From: an uncultured Planctomycetaceae bacterium
GTDB taxonomy: Bacteria > Planctomycetota > Planctomycetia > Planctomycetales > Planctomycetaceae
Assembly (NCBI GenBank): GCA_963813715.1
Contig: CAWFAK010000007.1
Span: 224,001 to 288,000, forward strand
Direction of reading: 5' to 3'
DNA: 64,000 nt
Every line of letters begins with the position of its first letter. Position 1 is the stretch's first letter. Below are positions 63,565-64,000 of the stretch, piece after piece. Below the pieces are notes generated by a model. The model saw nothing but the letters and a program-made list of their open reading frames with translations. It did no database searches and had not been told where the DNA came from. Both the position numbers and the translations under genes were made by a program.

Positions 63565-64000
63565 CTATCCGGGAGCCCCTGCGGTTTGCGGCTCCGCAGT
63601 GACCATGTTCACGAAATAGTCGGCCGACTCCTCGTCGGCGAAACCCTTCTGCACGTTGATGAAATCCTGTTCCGCTTCGAGAAACACGTCGACCACATCC
63701 GGGTCGAAGTGCACGCCCGATTCGTCGACGATCAGCGACTTGGCCACGTCGTGCGTCATGGCGTTCTTGTAGACCCGTTTGGCCGTGAGCGCGTCGTACA
63801 CGTCGGCCAGCGCCACGATGCGGCCGACGAGCGGAATTTCCTCGGCGACCAGGCCCTGCGGATAGCCGCTGCCGTCGAAACGCTCGTGATGGGTGAGCGC
63901 GATCTCGCGGGCCATGCGAAGGAACTCGGCATCGGGCTGGAGCCGGCCCGCCGCTTCGAGCGTGTCGGCCCCGATGCGGACGTGCGACTTCATGATCTCG
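63565..64000 (-). CDS. HD-GYP domain protein, C-terminal part (runs off the window)
   Basis: HHERFDGSGYP, ADVYDAL...R.YK, HFDP. Confidence 0.88.
   Translation of the reverse strand, partial: EIMKSHVRIGADTLEAAGRLQPDAEFLRMAREIALTHHERFDGSGYPQGLVAEEIPLVGRIVALADVYDALTAKRVYKNAMTHDVAKSLIVDESGVHFDPDVVDVFLEAEQDFINVQKGFADEESADYFVNMVTAEPQTAGAPG

Overview
GC-rich chromosomal window, most likely from a Planctomycete: it has an ECF sigma/anti-sigma + DUF1549/DUF1553 + DUF1501 cassette, two PQQ-like propeller proteins and an LRR protein. It holds about 45 genes, many broken by single-base indels that look like assembly error. Highlights: (1) a complete IS1111-group (IS110 family) element at 424-1824. It sits inside a REP-like repeat whose empty copies are in the same window, and its downstream non-coding region folds into a bridge/seekRNA-like loop carrying guides that match both halves of the insertion site. 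(2) An M48 metalloprotease fused in frame to a barnase/RNase-Sa-type ribonuclease, followed immediately by a barstar gene. (3) A stand-alone carrier protein plus a single-module C-A-T-TE NRPS with no loading module in view. (4) A stress island: stand-alone Fis-type HTH, small membrane protein, YbdK-like ligase, DUF5752-like protein, TreT-like glycosyltransferase, treZ and treY, with several sigma-54-type -24/-12 promoters. (5) A Ser/Thr kinase-TM-periplasmic binding protein receptor. (6) Three families of GTRG-type REP repeats, one copy apparently inside an ECF sigma factor coding sequence. No rRNA, tRNA or CRISPR array was recognised. All family calls come from motif recognition by eye, not from database searches.
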